In this document: positions 1 to 8,797 of the stretch, in pieces | Position numbering within the stretch: position 1 is the first letter of the stretch | Layout: every line of letters starts with the position of its first letter | DNA from: Cyanophyceae cyanobacterium | GTDB taxonomy: Bacteria; Cyanobacteriota; Cyanobacteriia; Cyanobacteriales; Laspinemataceae | DNA length: 64,000 nt | Assembly: GCA_038321985.1 (NCBI GenBank) | Contig: JBBQFN010000003.1 | Location: 350,097-414,096, forward strand | Reading direction: 5' to 3' | Program-made: the position numbers and the translations under genes | Notes under the pieces: generated by a model | Databases searched by the model: none | What the model was told of the DNA's origin: nothing | The model's input: only the letters and a program-made list of their open reading frames with translations

Positions 1-1004
1 CTGTAGTTGATAATATTCTGGATATGAAATACTTTAAAAGTATGATTCCAGAATTGGCGAAACGGCAGTTAGATTTAGAACTATTTTATGAAGTGAAGTC
101 TAATCTTCAAAAAGAGCAAATTCGCCAGTTACGAGAGGCGGGGATTACCATGATTCAGCCGGGAATTGAAAGTTTTAGTAGTCACACCCTGGAACTGATG
201 CGAAAAGGGGTGAAGGGGTTGCAAAATATTCAACTGCTGAAATGGTGCAAAGAACTGGGAGTCACGCCGTTTTGGAATCTCATCTGGGGTTTTCCTGGGG
301 AAAGAATCGAAGACTACAGCCGCATGACCGAACTGATTCCCTTTCTGACCCATCTGCGACCCCCCAAATGGGCGGGTGCTATTCGGATCGACCGCTTTAG
401 TCCTCACTTCGATCGCCCCACAGAATTTGGATTTGAGGGCGTCATTCCTTTTCCCGCCTATCATCATGTCTATCCTTTGCCCCCAGAATCCGTAGCAAAC
501 CTGGCCTATTTCTTTACATTTACCTATCAGCAACCGCAACCTGTAGAGGAATACACCCAATTAGTTCGAGAACAGGTTACTATCTGGGAAGAGGCTTATC
601 AAACTAGCGTGTTGTTTTCCGTGAATCGGGAAGCAGACTTGCAGATCTGGGATTTGCGACCGGCTGCCCGTCAGCTTTTAATCACCCTAACGGATCCGCT
701 CAAAGCCCTGTACCTAGCTTGCGATCGCATTCGTAGCCTCAATTTCCTACAACATTTGGCCGAGGAACAACTGAATCGTCCGGTATCCAGTGCGGAAGTG
801 GAGGAAATGCTGCAACCGCTTCTCGTTCGCGGGTTAATGGTGGAAGAAGATCATGCCTATTTGAGTTTAGCCGTGCCCGTGGGAGAATATTCCCCAGGAA
901 AATCTACCCTCAAGCGGCTGTTTTCCCTCGTTGCCGAGCGATCGCATCAGGTCTCAAAATTAAACGATTGGTGCGAAGTGATCGATGACTCAGGGGTGCA
1001 ATAA
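1..1004 (+). CDS. RiPP-maturation B12-binding/radical SAM protein (rSAM_ocin_1-like), 5'-truncated by window edge
   Basis: Frame is open from position 3 (VVDNILDMKYF). Motifs LFYEVKSNL, IQPGIESFS, LMRKG, WNLIWGFPGE and DRFSPHF are typical of this family's C-terminal half. The CxxxCxxC motif lies outside the window. Confidence 0.8.
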   Translation, partial: VVDNILDMKYFKSMIPELAKRQLDLELFYEVKSNLQKEQIRQLREAGITMIQPGIESFSSHTLELMRKGVKGLQNIQLLKWCKELGVTPFWNLIWGFPGERIEDYSRMTELIPFLTHLRPPKWAGAIRIDRFSPHFDRPTEFGFEGVIPFPAYHHVYPLPPESVANLAYFFTFTYQQPQPVEEYTQLVREQVTIWEEAYQTSVLFSVNREADLQIWDLRPAARQLLITLTDPLKALYLACDRIRSLNFLQHLAEEQLNRPVSSAEVEEMLQPLLVRGLMVEEDHAYLSLAVPVGEYSPGKSTLKRLFSLVAERSHQVSKLNDWCEVIDDSGVQ

Positions 1005-1040
1005 ATTCTAATCTTTTGTTGGTGAAGTACATTAAGGATT

Positions 1041-1101
1041 CCCCTAAATCCCCCTTAAAAAGGGGGACTTTCCAGGTTCCCCCCTTTTTAAGGGGGGCTA
1101 G
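1041..1101. repeat. Cyanobacterial palindromic intergenic repeat (CCCCCTTAAAAAGGGGG doublet)
   Basis: CCCCTAAATCCCCCTTAAAAAGGGGGACTT...CCCCCCTTTTTAAGGGGGGCTAG; two self-complementary units. Confidence 0.7.
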
Positions 1102-1197
1102 ATATAGACGTACCTCATGAATGTGAAAATTGCTATAGATCTAAATCCAGGCAACAGGCCAGTACCTAGGCTGACCCTAAACAAGGAATATCAATTC

Positions 1198-4100
1198 ATG
1201 AAAAAGATTATCAAAGTTTTACGATGGCTATCTGTATTTTGGTTGATAATCTTGATAAATTTAATCGGGCAAAATTCGGCTTTTGCTCTCAGCCCTAACC
1301 TGGAATTTGAGCAATTAACGATTGAACAGGGACTTTCAGCTAGTACGGTCTTTTCTACCATCCAAGACCAAGAAGGATTTATGTGGTTTGCTACACCGGA
1401 CGGTCTTAATAAATACGATGGGTATGACTTTACAATTTATAAAAATGACCCTGGAAATAGTGAATCAATTTCTGACAATTTTGTTACAATACTTTATAAA
1501 AATGAGGGGGGGGGAATATGGGTTGGAACCAATGATGGAGGATTGAACTATTTTAATAAACTGACAGATAAATTTACCCACTATAAAAACGATCCGAGTA
1601 ATCCTCAAAGTCTCAGTAATAATCATATTTTGTCCATTTATGAAGATAAAAACCAAGTCCTGTGGGTGGGAACAGAAGATGGATTCAACCAATTTAACCC
1701 CCAAACTGGAGACTTTATCCGTTATAAAAATGATCCTAATAATCTGGATAGCTTAATTCAAAATAGTGTCACGGCTATTTATGAAAATCAATGGGGAGAG
1801 CTTTGGTTAGGAACGAAAGGAGGATTGGAAAAATTTGACCGCAATACTCAGAAGTTTATCCATTACCAACATCATCCCGATGACCCCAAAAGTTTGAGTG
1901 ATAATTCCATTAGTTCAATTATAGAAGATAGGGAAGGGAACCTCTGGATTAGCACCTTGGGGGGTGGCGTTAATAAATTTAACCGCGACCCAGAAGAATT
2001 TACCCGCTACATGAATGACCCCAACAATCCCCACAGTATCAGCAGCAATACCGTGAGCCAAATCTATCAAGATGAAACGGGTCTAATCTGGATGGGTACA
2101 GGGAGTTGGCTGGGAAGTTCGGGCGGCAGCGGACTCAATCTCTTTAATCCAAAAACTGAGGAATTTACAACCTACAACCCCAACCCGGGCAATCCCCACA
2201 GCTTGAGTGATAGTGCTGTGTTTTCTATGTATGAAGATCGGTCCGGCATCTTGTGGTTTGGAACATTTATAGGCGGAATTAACAAATACGATCGCCATCG
2301 CATTAAATTTGACCGCTACACCTACGAACCCGGTAATCCTCACGGCATGGCGGAAGATCCTGCAATTATGTCCATTTATGAAGATAAAAACGGCACAATT
2401 TGGCTCGGGACATTTGGGGGATTTTTGGAAAAATTCGATCGCGAAACGGCAGAATTTACAACCTATCAGAATAACCCCAACGACCCCGATAGTTTAAGTG
2501 CAGGGGGAGTCTGGTCCATTTATGAGGACCGCTACGGCACCCTTTGGATTGGCACGTTTGGCGGTGGACTGGATACATTAGACCGCAAAACTAACAAGTT
2601 TATCCACTATACTCATGACCCCAATAATCCCGCCAGTTTGAGCGATAACTCGGTGGTGTCCATGTTTGAAGATCAACAAGGAACGTTCTGGATCGGTACA
2701 TTTGGAGGAGGCTTAAATCAACTGAATCGCGAAACAGGCACGTTTACCGCCTACCAAACCGACCCAAATAATCCTAACAGCTTGAGCGATAATAGTATTT
2801 GGCAAATTTATGAAGATACCCGGGGTAAACTGTGGGTTGCCACCCACCAAGGAGGCTTAAATCAACTCGATCGCCAAACCGGAAACTTTACGCGCTATCA
2901 AAAAAGCGATACACTCAATAGCTTAAGCAATAATAGCGTCTTGTCCATCTACGAAGATGCAACCGGAATCCTCTGGTTAGGGACATTTGGCGGGGGTTTG
3001 AATAAATTTGACCCCCTAACCCAAACCTTTACAGCCTATAACGAAACAGACGGATTGCCGAATGATGTCGTTTACGGGATTCTGCCCGATGATCAAGGGA
3101 ACCTGTGGTTAAGTACCAACAAGGGATTATCTAAATTTAATCCATCCCAGGAAACCTTCAAAAACTATGATACCAGCGACGGTCTGCTCAGTAATGAGTT
3201 TAATGCAGGAGCTTATTACAAAAGCAAAACCGGACAAATGCTCTTTGGCAACGTCAAGGGGTTTAATGTCTTTTTCCCCGAAGAGGTCAAAAATAACCCT
3301 TACATTCCCCCCATTGTCCTCACGGAGTTTAAAAAGCTCAATGAAACCACCCAACTTGATCAAGCCATTTCTCAAATCAAAGCCCTGAATCTGTCTTATC
3401 AAGATTATGTCTTTTCCTTCGAGTTTGCAGCCTTAAATTACACGGCAACGGAAAAAAACCAATACGCCTATAAACTGGAAGGATTTGATAAAGACTGGAT
3501 TAACGCCGGGACCCGACGCTATGCCACCTACACCAACCTTGATGGCGGCCACTATAGATTCCATGTCAAAGGCTCTAACAATGATGGAGTCTGGAACGAA
3601 ACCGGCACCTCGATTCAGCTTGAAATTGCCCCGCCACCCTGGAAAACCTGGTGGGCCTATACTCTGTATGTCTTCGCTTTAATTGGCGTAGTCTTGACTT
3701 ATGTCCAGTGGCGGACGATCGCCCAACGGCAAGAATTAGAACAGCAACGCCAAGAATTAGAACGGGAACGAGTTGTTTCTGAAAAATTGCGCCGCCTCGA
3801 TAAGCTCAAAGATGACTTTCTGGCGAATACCTCCCACGAAATGCGGACGCCTCTCAATGGGATTATTGGCCTAGCGGACTCCATGCTGGATGGCGTCGCC
3901 GGTTCCCTCTCCGAAAAGCAACAGAGAAACCTATCCATGATTGTCCAAAGTGGCCTCCGCTTGAATGCTTTAATTAATGATATTCTCGATTTATCCAAGA
4001 TGAAGCAATCGAGTTTAGAACTGCAACTTAAGCCCGTGGGGATGCGAGAAATTAGTGATGTAGTGCTAACTTTGTGCGAACCCATCATCGGCAAAAAGTC

Positions 4101-5781
4101 ATTGCAACTTCTCAATAAAATCAATCCCGAACTCCCCCCAGTCGATGCCGATGAAAATCGCTTACAGCAGATTTTATACAACTTAGTCGGGAATGCGATT
4201 AAGTTTACCGAAAGCGGCATGGTGGAAGTCTCGGCGGAGGTGTTGTCCCCGGCGCAGTCGCCGGAGGACCCGGAGGCCCCCTCATTCCTGGCAATTACGA
4301 TCGCCGATACCGGCATTGGCATCCCCGAAGACAAGCGCGATCGCATTTTTGAAGCCTTCGAGCAAGGGGATGGCTCCACGGCCCGTATTTATGGCGGTAC
4401 AGGGTTAGGATTGTCCGTCACAAAACAGTTAGTGGAGTTACATGGTGGCACAATCACCGTGGAATCTATTGATGGGGAAGGGTCGCGGTTTACCTTTACG
4501 CTGCCGATATCAACTACCACAGAACCCTTAGAACTAGAAAACCGCGATCGCTCATCGTTCCTCCCCCGCTTACAGGCGATCGCCATAGCCGTAGATAACA
4601 GTGATAGCGAGGCGACTGATGTCTCCGTCGAACCGGACAACAACGGTCATTTTCGGTTATTAGTTGTAGACGATGAACCCATCAACCGGCAAGTGTTGGT
4701 CAACTACCTCTCCGGCGCTCATTATACAGTCACCCAAGCCACCAACGGACCCGAGGCGATCGCCTTACTGGAGAACAACTTTAAACCTGACATTATCCTC
4801 CTCGATGTGATGATGCCTCGGATGACAGGATACGAAGTCTGCCGCATCCTCCGTCAGCAGTATGGAATAGACGAACTCCCCATCATCATGCTCACCGCCA
4901 AAAATCAAGTCTCCGATTTAGTCGCCGGATTACAAGCAGGTTCTAACGATTATTTGACCAAACCCATTGCCAAAGATGAACTCCTCGCCCGAATTAAAAC
5001 CCATCTCAATGTAGTCCGCTTAAAAGCCGAAAATATGCGGCTTGTAACCGAATTAGATATCGCCCGTCGCCTGCAAGTGATGATGTTACCCAAAGCGGAA
5101 GAACTGTGCCAACTTCCCGAATTAGATATCGCCGGATTCATGGAACCTGCCGAGGAAGTCGGCGGCGACTATTACGATATCCTCACCCAAGGGGATGGCT
5201 TAAAAATTGGCATTGGTGACGTCACCGGACATGGGTTAGAAAGCGGCGTCTTGATGCTCATGGCCCAAACCGCTGTGCGAACCTTATTAGAGAGCAAAAT
5301 CACCGAACCCCAGGAATTTTTAGACGCCCTCAACCGCACGATTTATCACAATATTGAGCGGATGAATGTTGAAAAAAGCATGACCTTATCCTTAGCTGAT
5401 TACAGTAAGGGAACCCTGCGATTAACGGGACAACATGAGGAAACAATTATAGTCCGGGCTACAGGCGAAGTGGAACGATTGGATACCATAGATTTAGGAT
5501 TTCCCATCGGTTTAGTGGAAGAAATTGCCGAATTTGTCTCTTCCATTGAGGTCACCTTAAATCCCGGAGATGTGGTAGTCTTCTACACCGATGGCATTAC
5601 CGAAGCCATGAATACCGATAACCAATTATATGGATTGGAGCGCTTAATTGAGGTCATTTTACAGAATCGAGACCAGAGTGCCGAAGAAATCAAAGAACAG
5701 GCGATTTCCGATTTAAAGCAATATATCGGCAAACAAAAGATATTTGACGATATCACTTTAGTCGTCCTCAAACAACAGTAG
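1198..5781 (+). CDS. Hybrid sensor: signal peptide, two-component regulator beta-propellers, Y_Y_Y, TM, HisKA, HATPase, REC, SpoIIE/PP2C phosphatase
   Basis: Repeated SLSDNxVxSIYEDxxGxLWxGTxxGGLNxFD blades; YAYKLEGFD...YTNLDGG; H-box ANTSHEMRTPLNG; REC LLDVMMP; PP2C motifs GGDYYD, GDVTGHG, YTDGITEA, DDITL. ATG 1198 follows AAGGA and precedes a signal peptide. Confidence 0.93.
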   Translation: MKKIIKVLRWLSVFWLIILINLIGQNSAFALSPNLEFEQLTIEQGLSASTVFSTIQDQEGFMWFATPDGLNKYDGYDFTIYKNDPGNSESISDNFVTILYKNEGGGIWVGTNDGGLNYFNKLTDKFTHYKNDPSNPQSLSNNHILSIYEDKNQVLWVGTEDGFNQFNPQTGDFIRYKNDPNNLDSLIQNSVTAIYENQWGELWLGTKGGLEKFDRNTQKFIHYQHHPDDPKSLSDNSISSIIEDREGNLWISTLGGGVNKFNRDPEEFTRYMNDPNNPHSISSNTVSQIYQDETGLIWMGTGSWLGSSGGSGLNLFNPKTEEFTTYNPNPGNPHSLSDSAVFSMYEDRSGILWFGTFIGGINKYDRHRIKFDRYTYEPGNPHGMAEDPAIMSIYEDKNGTIWLGTFGGFLEKFDRETAEFTTYQNNPNDPDSLSAGGVWSIYEDRYGTLWIGTFGGGLDTLDRKTNKFIHYTHDPNNPASLSDNSVVSMFEDQQGTFWIGTFGGGLNQLNRETGTFTAYQTDPNNPNSLSDNSIWQIYEDTRGKLWVATHQGGLNQLDRQTGNFTRYQKSDTLNSLSNNSVLSIYEDATGILWLGTFGGGLNKFDPLTQTFTAYNETDGLPNDVVYGILPDDQGNLWLSTNKGLSKFNPSQETFKNYDTSDGLLSNEFNAGAYYKSKTGQMLFGNVKGFNVFFPEEVKNNPYIPPIVLTEFKKLNETTQLDQAISQIKALNLSYQDYVFSFEFAALNYTATEKNQYAYKLEGFDKDWINAGTRRYATYTNLDGGHYRFHVKGSNNDGVWNETGTSIQLEIAPPPWKTWWAYTLYVFALIGVVLTYVQWRTIAQRQELEQQRQELERERVVSEKLRRLDKLKDDFLANTSHEMRTPLNGIIGLADSMLDGVAGSLSEKQQRNLSMIVQSGLRLNALINDILDLSKMKQSSLELQLKPVGMREISDVVLTLCEPIIGKKSLQLLNKINPELPPVDADENRLQQILYNLVGNAIKFTESGMVEVSAEVLSPAQSPEDPEAPSFLAITIADTGIGIPEDKRDRIFEAFEQGDGSTARIYGGTGLGLSVTKQLVELHGGTITVESIDGEGSRFTFTLPISTTTEPLELENRDRSSFLPRLQAIAIAVDNSDSEATDVSVEPDNNGHFRLLVVDDEPINRQVLVNYLSGAHYTVTQATNGPEAIALLENNFKPDIILLDVMMPRMTGYEVCRILRQQYGIDELPIIMLTAKNQVSDLVAGLQAGSNDYLTKPIAKDELLARIKTHLNVVRLKAENMRLVTELDIARRLQVMMLPKAEELCQLPELDIAGFMEPAEEVGGDYYDILTQGDGLKIGIGDVTGHGLESGVLMLMAQTAVRTLLESKITEPQEFLDALNRTIYHNIERMNVEKSMTLSLADYSKGTLRLTGQHEETIIVRATGEVERLDTIDLGFPIGLVEEIAEFVSSIEVTLNPGDVVVFYTDGITEAMNTDNQLYGLERLIEVILQNRDQSAEEIKEQAISDLKQYIGKQKIFDDITLVVLKQQ

Positions 5782-5797
5782 CCCTACCCCCAGACTC

Positions 5798-5862
5798 AGA
5801 AACCGGGTTTCTATCACAACCTGTGCATCCTCACCTAAATCTGGATAAGAAACCCGGTTTCT
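5798..5862. repeat. Palindromic doublet element, AGAAACCGGGTTTCT-N35-AGAAACCCGGTTTCT (copy A)
   Basis: 15-bp arms at 5798-5812 and 5848-5862 are exact reverse complements; 35-bp spacer. Confidence 0.9.
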
Positions 5863-5875
5863 CGACCCTCGAAAT

Positions 5876-6086
5876 TTATTCCAAGTCCTCCTCTATCATC
5901 CCAGCATCTTTAAGAAGCACTCTTAATGTTCCAGTCGGTAAATCACGATTGCCATGAACTGGAATCGAGAGAATAACTGTAACCCCTTCTTTTGCATAGA
6001 TTATGATGGCTACCCGTGATTCTTTTTAACTGCCAACCCTGTCGTTCCACAATTTTGCAGAGTGCTTTACCGGAAATCGATTTCAT
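5876..6086 (-). pseudogene. hicA: HicA toxin, frameshifted
   Basis: MKSISGKALCKIVERQGWQLKRITGSHH, then one extra base near 6001-6002. Removing it restores IYAKEGVTVILSIPVHGNRDLPTGTLRVLLKDAGMIEEDLE*. ATGA overlap with upstream hicB. Confidence 0.85.
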
Positions 6087-6283
6087 AGAGATAACTCGAT
6101 TAACTGTTTTTCCGGGGTCAGTTCCTGGGTTTCGCTGGCAACTTCTAGCCAACCTTGAACCGCATCGGCAAGCATTTCTAATAACTCTTCATAACTTTCA
6201 GCCCAGGTGTGACAACCAGGAAGGGCTGGAACTGAGGCACACCAAATATCATCTTCATGCCAAATAATTGCTTTAATTTTCAT
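6083..6283 (-). CDS. hicB: HicB-family antitoxin (short form)
   Basis: WCASVPALPGCHTWAESYEELLEMLADAVQGWL HicB signature; overlaps hicA start. Confidence 0.88.
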   Translation of the reverse strand: MKIKAIIWHEDDIWCASVPALPGCHTWAESYEELLEMLADAVQGWLEVASETQELTPEKQLIELSL

Positions 6284-6344
6284 AGTTTGTCTATAATAGC
6301 TATCTAATCACGAGTTTAGCCTATCCGTTAGCACATAAACCCTC

Positions 6345-6409
6345 AGAAACCGGGTGTCTAGCAGAATCTCTGCCTCCTCACGGAAATCTAGCGCAGAAAC
6401 CTGGTTTCT
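6345..6409. repeat. Palindromic doublet element (copy B)
   Basis: Arms AGAAACCGGGTGTCT 6345-6359 and AGAAACCTGGTTTCT 6395-6409; 35-bp spacer. Confidence 0.85.
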
Positions 6410-6482
6410 TGGCCCCGCCCTCGGATAGAGCGCCGACCCCAATCCTACTCCCAAACTTATGCGATCGGAATCACCAAAAGCA

Positions 6483-6701
6483 TCAAACCACCTCAAGTGT
6501 TTTCGGTTCAGGAATCACATCACCTTCGGCGTGCCAAGCCTCTAAATACATTTCAATCACTTCTTCACCATTGCGGATAGCTTCTTCACGAGTTTTTCCG
6601 TGAGTACAAGGCATCACGACCCGATCAGAAAACTCGGGAATTGTGACTAAGAAAAGCTGATCTTCATCAGACCATTGAACAATCATGCTGTATCGATTCA
6701 T
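6483..6701 (-). CDS. hicB: HicB-family antitoxin
   Basis: YSMIVQWSDEDQLFLVTIPEF...CTHGKTREEAIRNGEEVIEMYL...IPEP. Confidence 0.88.
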   Translation of the reverse strand: MNRYSMIVQWSDEDQLFLVTIPEFSDRVVMPCTHGKTREEAIRNGEEVIEMYLEAWHAEGDVIPEPKTLEVV

Positions 6702-6922
6702 GAATCCTCCTCCTCTCTCAATCCTTCTAGTTCAGTCAGTAGTTTTTCCAGTTGTTTTTCTAGGTAAAGTGGCACATCATCTCCATTCTGACCTGGAATT
6801 GTCAGTGTTTTTCCAATCAGAGGATGTCGCCAACCCTCATGGCTACCCTTGCCGCGCTTAGGCAAGTAAACAAACCCGTACTGTGCAATTTGGGCTTTCA
6901 ACTCTCGAATCTTCCTGGGCAT
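6698..6922 (-). CDS. hicA: HicA-family toxin
   Basis: MPRKIRELKAQI...GF...RGKGSHEGWRHP...TIPG; GSH motif; 4-bp overlap with hicB. Start at ATG 6922 preferred. Confidence 0.85.
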   Translation of the reverse strand: MPRKIRELKAQIAQYGFVYLPKRGKGSHEGWRHPLIGKTLTIPGQNGDDVPLYLEKQLEKLLTELEGLREEEDS

Positions 6923-6968
6923 GAATATTATTTGCTCATTCAACTCTAGTTTATCATTTTCTCTATTT

Positions 6969-7170
6969 TCATAAAGATAACTCAATTAACTGTTTTTCTA
7001 GGTTGACTTCTTGTTGTTCACTCGCCACTTCCAGCCAAAGAAAGAACCGCTTCTGCAAGCATTTCTAACAACTCTTCATAAGTCGATGCCCAGGTGTGAC
7101 AACCGGGAAGGGCGGGGACTGAACCACACCAGACATCATCTTCTTGCCAAATCATTGCTTTAATTTTCAT
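6969..7170 (-). pseudogene. hicB: Second copy of short HicB, frameshifted (not in ORF track)
   Basis: MKIKAMIWQEDDVWCGSVPALPGCHTWASTYEELLEMLAEAV, frameshift near 7040, then WLEVASEQQEVNLEKQLIELSL*. Paralog of 6083-6283, including ~50 bp of homologous upstream DNA. Confidence 0.85.
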
Positions 7171-7244
7171 AGTTTATCTCTAATGGCTATCTAATCAGGA
7201 TTTTAGCCCATCTGTTAACGTCTCACCCAGCAACCTGCTGCTGT

Positions 7245-7259
7245 AGAAACCCAGTTTCT
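7245..7259. repeat. Single arm of palindromic doublet element
   Basis: AGAAACCCAGTTTCT followed by CGCCCCC, similar to the flanks of copies B and C. Confidence 0.7.
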
Positions 7260-7445
7260 CGCCCCCAGACCACTATAGCGAGCCTAAATGAATTTGACAT
7301 AAAGATAACAAGCAAGATGCAAAGCCAGAAGCCCAGGCTTCGCTTACCGCACTCCAAGCCTTTCAGTCTTGGATTCATTGTTAAACTGATTTAAGATTGC
7401 TATATAATTAGAGGGAGGATAAAACAAACCCAAAGCTAACATTAA

Positions 7446-7784
7446 ATGACTACCAAAATAAGCGATCGCCAAATTTATGATCGCCTAGGAATTACCCCTG
7501 AACAACTAGCTGAGTTTTGTCAAGATTGGCAAATTGTCGAACTTGCCTTATTTGGCTCCATTCTCCGAGATGACTTTAACCCCAAGAGTGACGTAGATAT
7601 TTTAGTCACGTTTCAGCCCAATCACTCTTGGGGTTTAGAGTTTATTCAAATGCGAGAACAACTCTCTACTCTTTTTAATCGTCCTATCGATTTAATGACC
7701 CAAAACAGTATTGTCAATAGTCATAACGTTCTCCGTCGCCAGAGCATATTAAATTCAGTCGAGGTTATCTATGGAAAAGGATAA
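7446..7784 (+). CDS. mntA: MNT nucleotidyltransferase antitoxin (HEPN/MNT, type VII TA)
   Basis: LFGSILRDDFNPKSDVDILV (GSx10DxD); overlaps downstream HEPN gene. Confidence 0.9.
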   Translation: MTTKISDRQIYDRLGITPEQLAEFCQDWQIVELALFGSILRDDFNPKSDVDILVTFQPNHSWGLEFIQMREQLSTLFNRPIDLMTQNSIVNSHNVLRRQSILNSVEVIYGKG

Positions 7785-8112
7785 ACAAGCCTTAATAGAT
7801 ATTCTCAAGGCGACCCGGCAAATTATTAGTTATAGTGAAGATATCAAAAAACAAGACTTGCAACAAGATGATGAAAAACAGGCGGCTATTTTATATAGAA
7901 TGATTATCGTTGGGGAGGCAACTAAACGATTGTCCGCTGAATTTCGTCAACAATACCCAATGATTCCTTGGCGGGAAATGGCTGGTCTACGAGATGTGGT
8001 CATTCACGATTATGACGAGCTAGATTTTGACATCCTTTGGAATGTCATTCAGGTTAATTTGCCTGAAATATTACCTCAATTACAATTAATTTTTAACTCA
8101 TTGAACGACTAA
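7771..8112 (+). CDS. hepT: HEPN/DUF86 RNase toxin
   Basis: IIVGEATKRLS...IPWREMAGLRDVVIHDY (Rx4HxY). Confidence 0.9.
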   Translation: MEKDKQALIDILKATRQIISYSEDIKKQDLQQDDEKQAAILYRMIIVGEATKRLSAEFRQQYPMIPWREMAGLRDVVIHDYDELDFDILWNVIQVNLPEILPQLQLIFNSLND

Positions 8113-8115
8113 TTC

Positions 8116-8214
8116 AGAAACCCGGTTTCTACCAGAACCTTTGCATCTTCACTCCAATCGGGTCAAGAAACCCGATTTCTTGCCCCCACCAACGGACTCA
8201 GAAACTGGGTTTTT
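8116..8214. repeat. Palindromic doublet element (copy C) plus third arm
   Basis: Arms 8116-8130 and 8166-8180 (35-bp spacer); then CAACGGACTCAGAAACTGGGTTTTT ending 8214. Confidence 0.85.
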
Positions 8215-8434
8215 ATGACAACCGGAGATTAGGTCCTGTTGCGGCTTTGACTGGGAGAAGGCTTTACCGAATCGCCCCGATGGATTTACAATTGTAGTGC
8301 CACAAAAACAGTGGAAGCATCGGTGATTCCGATTTCTGGGAGTGCCCGGGATAATTCCGGCAGTGAATCTATAAATGGGCTGTCTCTCCCCGTCATCAAC
8401 CCTGCAATCCCATCATTCTCTAGGAGGAGTGTCA

Positions 8435-8782
8435 ATGTCTACAAAGATAACGGAAATTCTCGGCCCGGATGGTGAAACAATCTATATTCAATATGACGAT
8501 GAAGATATAGACGAACTGCGAGCGGTTGGGAATATTGATGATATTAAGGAAAGAACGGAGAAGTTAAAAAGGCTGATGGTGAGTACGGTTCGGGGTTATT
8601 CTCAGATTGTACTGGATGCAGTTAAACAAAGCATGAGTCAACCAGCACCGAGTAAAGTTACTTTGGAATTTGGGTTGCAGGCGGGGGGAGAAACGGGAAT
8701 CCCCTTTGTGACGAAGGGATCGGCACAGGCTAATGTGAAAGTTACGATTGAGTGGGAACTTAACACGACCAAAACACCGTAA
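8435..8782 (+). CDS. Trypsin-co-occurring domain protein (Trypco1 / CU044_2847-like)
   Basis: PSKVTLEFGLQAGGETGIPFVTKGSAQANVKVTIEW signature; AGGAGG RBS before ATG 8435; immediately upstream of a trypsin-domain gene. Confidence 0.8.
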   Translation: MSTKITEILGPDGETIYIQYDDEDIDELRAVGNIDDIKERTEKLKRLMVSTVRGYSQIVLDAVKQSMSQPAPSKVTLEFGLQAGGETGIPFVTKGSAQANVKVTIEWELNTTKTP

Positions 8783-8797
8783 ATCTGACTGGGAGGG

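Noticed and set aside
3699..4379. Long antisense ORFs within kinases, dnaK, uvrA and others (e.g. 226 aa here, 213 aa at 55544-56185)
   Set aside because: Shadow ORFs produced by codon bias on the opposite strand of well-supported genes.
7320..7380. Possible IS200/IS605 or omegaRNA end upstream of the MNT gene
   Set aside because: Only a short imperfect hairpin (CCAAGCCTTTCAGTCTTGG); no transposase, TnpB or IscB nearby; too weak to call.
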